Below are positions 63,586 to 64,000 of a stretch of 64,000 nt of DNA, one piece after another. Within the stretch, counting starts at the first letter, position 1, and every line of letters starts with the position of its first letter. The position numbers were made by a program, and so were the translations under genes. The DNA lies in the NCBI GenBank assembly GCA_012026655.1, contig JAAILG010000005.1, positions 186,001 to 250,000 of the forward strand, given 5' to 3'. The notes beneath the pieces were generated by a model, which worked only from the letters and a program-made list of their open reading frames with translations, did no database searches and had not been told where the DNA came from. Origin of the DNA: Hydrolagus affinis (taxonomy: Eukaryota).

Positions 63586-64000
63586 CATAGGTAAGGTAAG
63601 GTATAGGCAATTCACCCTCCAGTTTACATCTTTCACTCAGAGAAAGCATCTCATCACAAGTCTTCTTAGTCTGCTGCCTCCGAAACAGAACAGGAGGAGA
63701 GGAACTTGCCAAACAGGCAAAGGATTTCACAGGAGCAACATGTCCTTGTGTAAAGCGACTCACATTGAACCAAAGCATTTTATTCTATAAGTCATCTTAT
63801 TGCATTCTATCTACAGTACCTCTTCCAGGCAGCTGTAGCTACACTGTACTATGACATGTAGGCTTTACTCAGAGATTCTTGCATAATCATAGCTACACAA
63901 TAATAATACTGAAACTATGAAAATAAGCTATTTCATTATTTCATTTTCTCCACCTGCATTCCCCACACCAACCCCCACAAAAGACAATCATACAGTTTTT

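Noticed and set aside
63396-63778. Two adjacent minus-strand ORFs suggesting a neighbouring gene
   Set aside because: 63455-63585 is SINE-derived, and the rest shows no recognisable homology or clean splice structure.
1-64000. CRISPR array, prokaryotic operon or defence system
   Set aside because: Spliced vertebrate gene with SINE/LINE content and no regularly spaced repeats.

Overview
AT-rich vertebrate genomic DNA, most likely from a cartilaginous fish. The SINE/LINE content resembles elephant shark or shark; this is an inference from recalled repeat families, not a database result. The left end holds the 5' part of bmp4 on the minus strand: a probable first exon (~4641-4850), a non-coding exon (2620-2745), the first coding exon (1356-1714, ATG at 1707) and the start of the last exon (248 to beyond base 1). 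The remaining ~59 kb is upstream gene desert. It has no recognisable protein gene and is filled with tRNA-derived SINEs, Deu-domain SINEs, an old AmnSINE2-like family, L2/CR1 fragments and several enhancer-like repeat-free blocks. The most notable observations are: (1) a spliced, strong-Kozak 17-codon uORF that overlaps the BMP4 start codon and seems conserved with human; (2) four PBX/MEIS-PREP type TGATTGAC sites clustered just upstream of the non-coding exon; (3) window-wide excess of TACAGTA/TACTGTA, the Tc1/mariner excision footprint; (4) a distal TATA+CCAAT promoter with nearby exon-like segments and a dense GATA/ETS cluster about 33 kb upstream; (5) an inverted L2-tail hairpin, a recurrent ~65-bp L2 mini-element, and an exact 38-bp duplication. 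No CRISPR array, rRNA or true tRNA gene is supported. I cannot claim a wholly new biological system from sequence alone.
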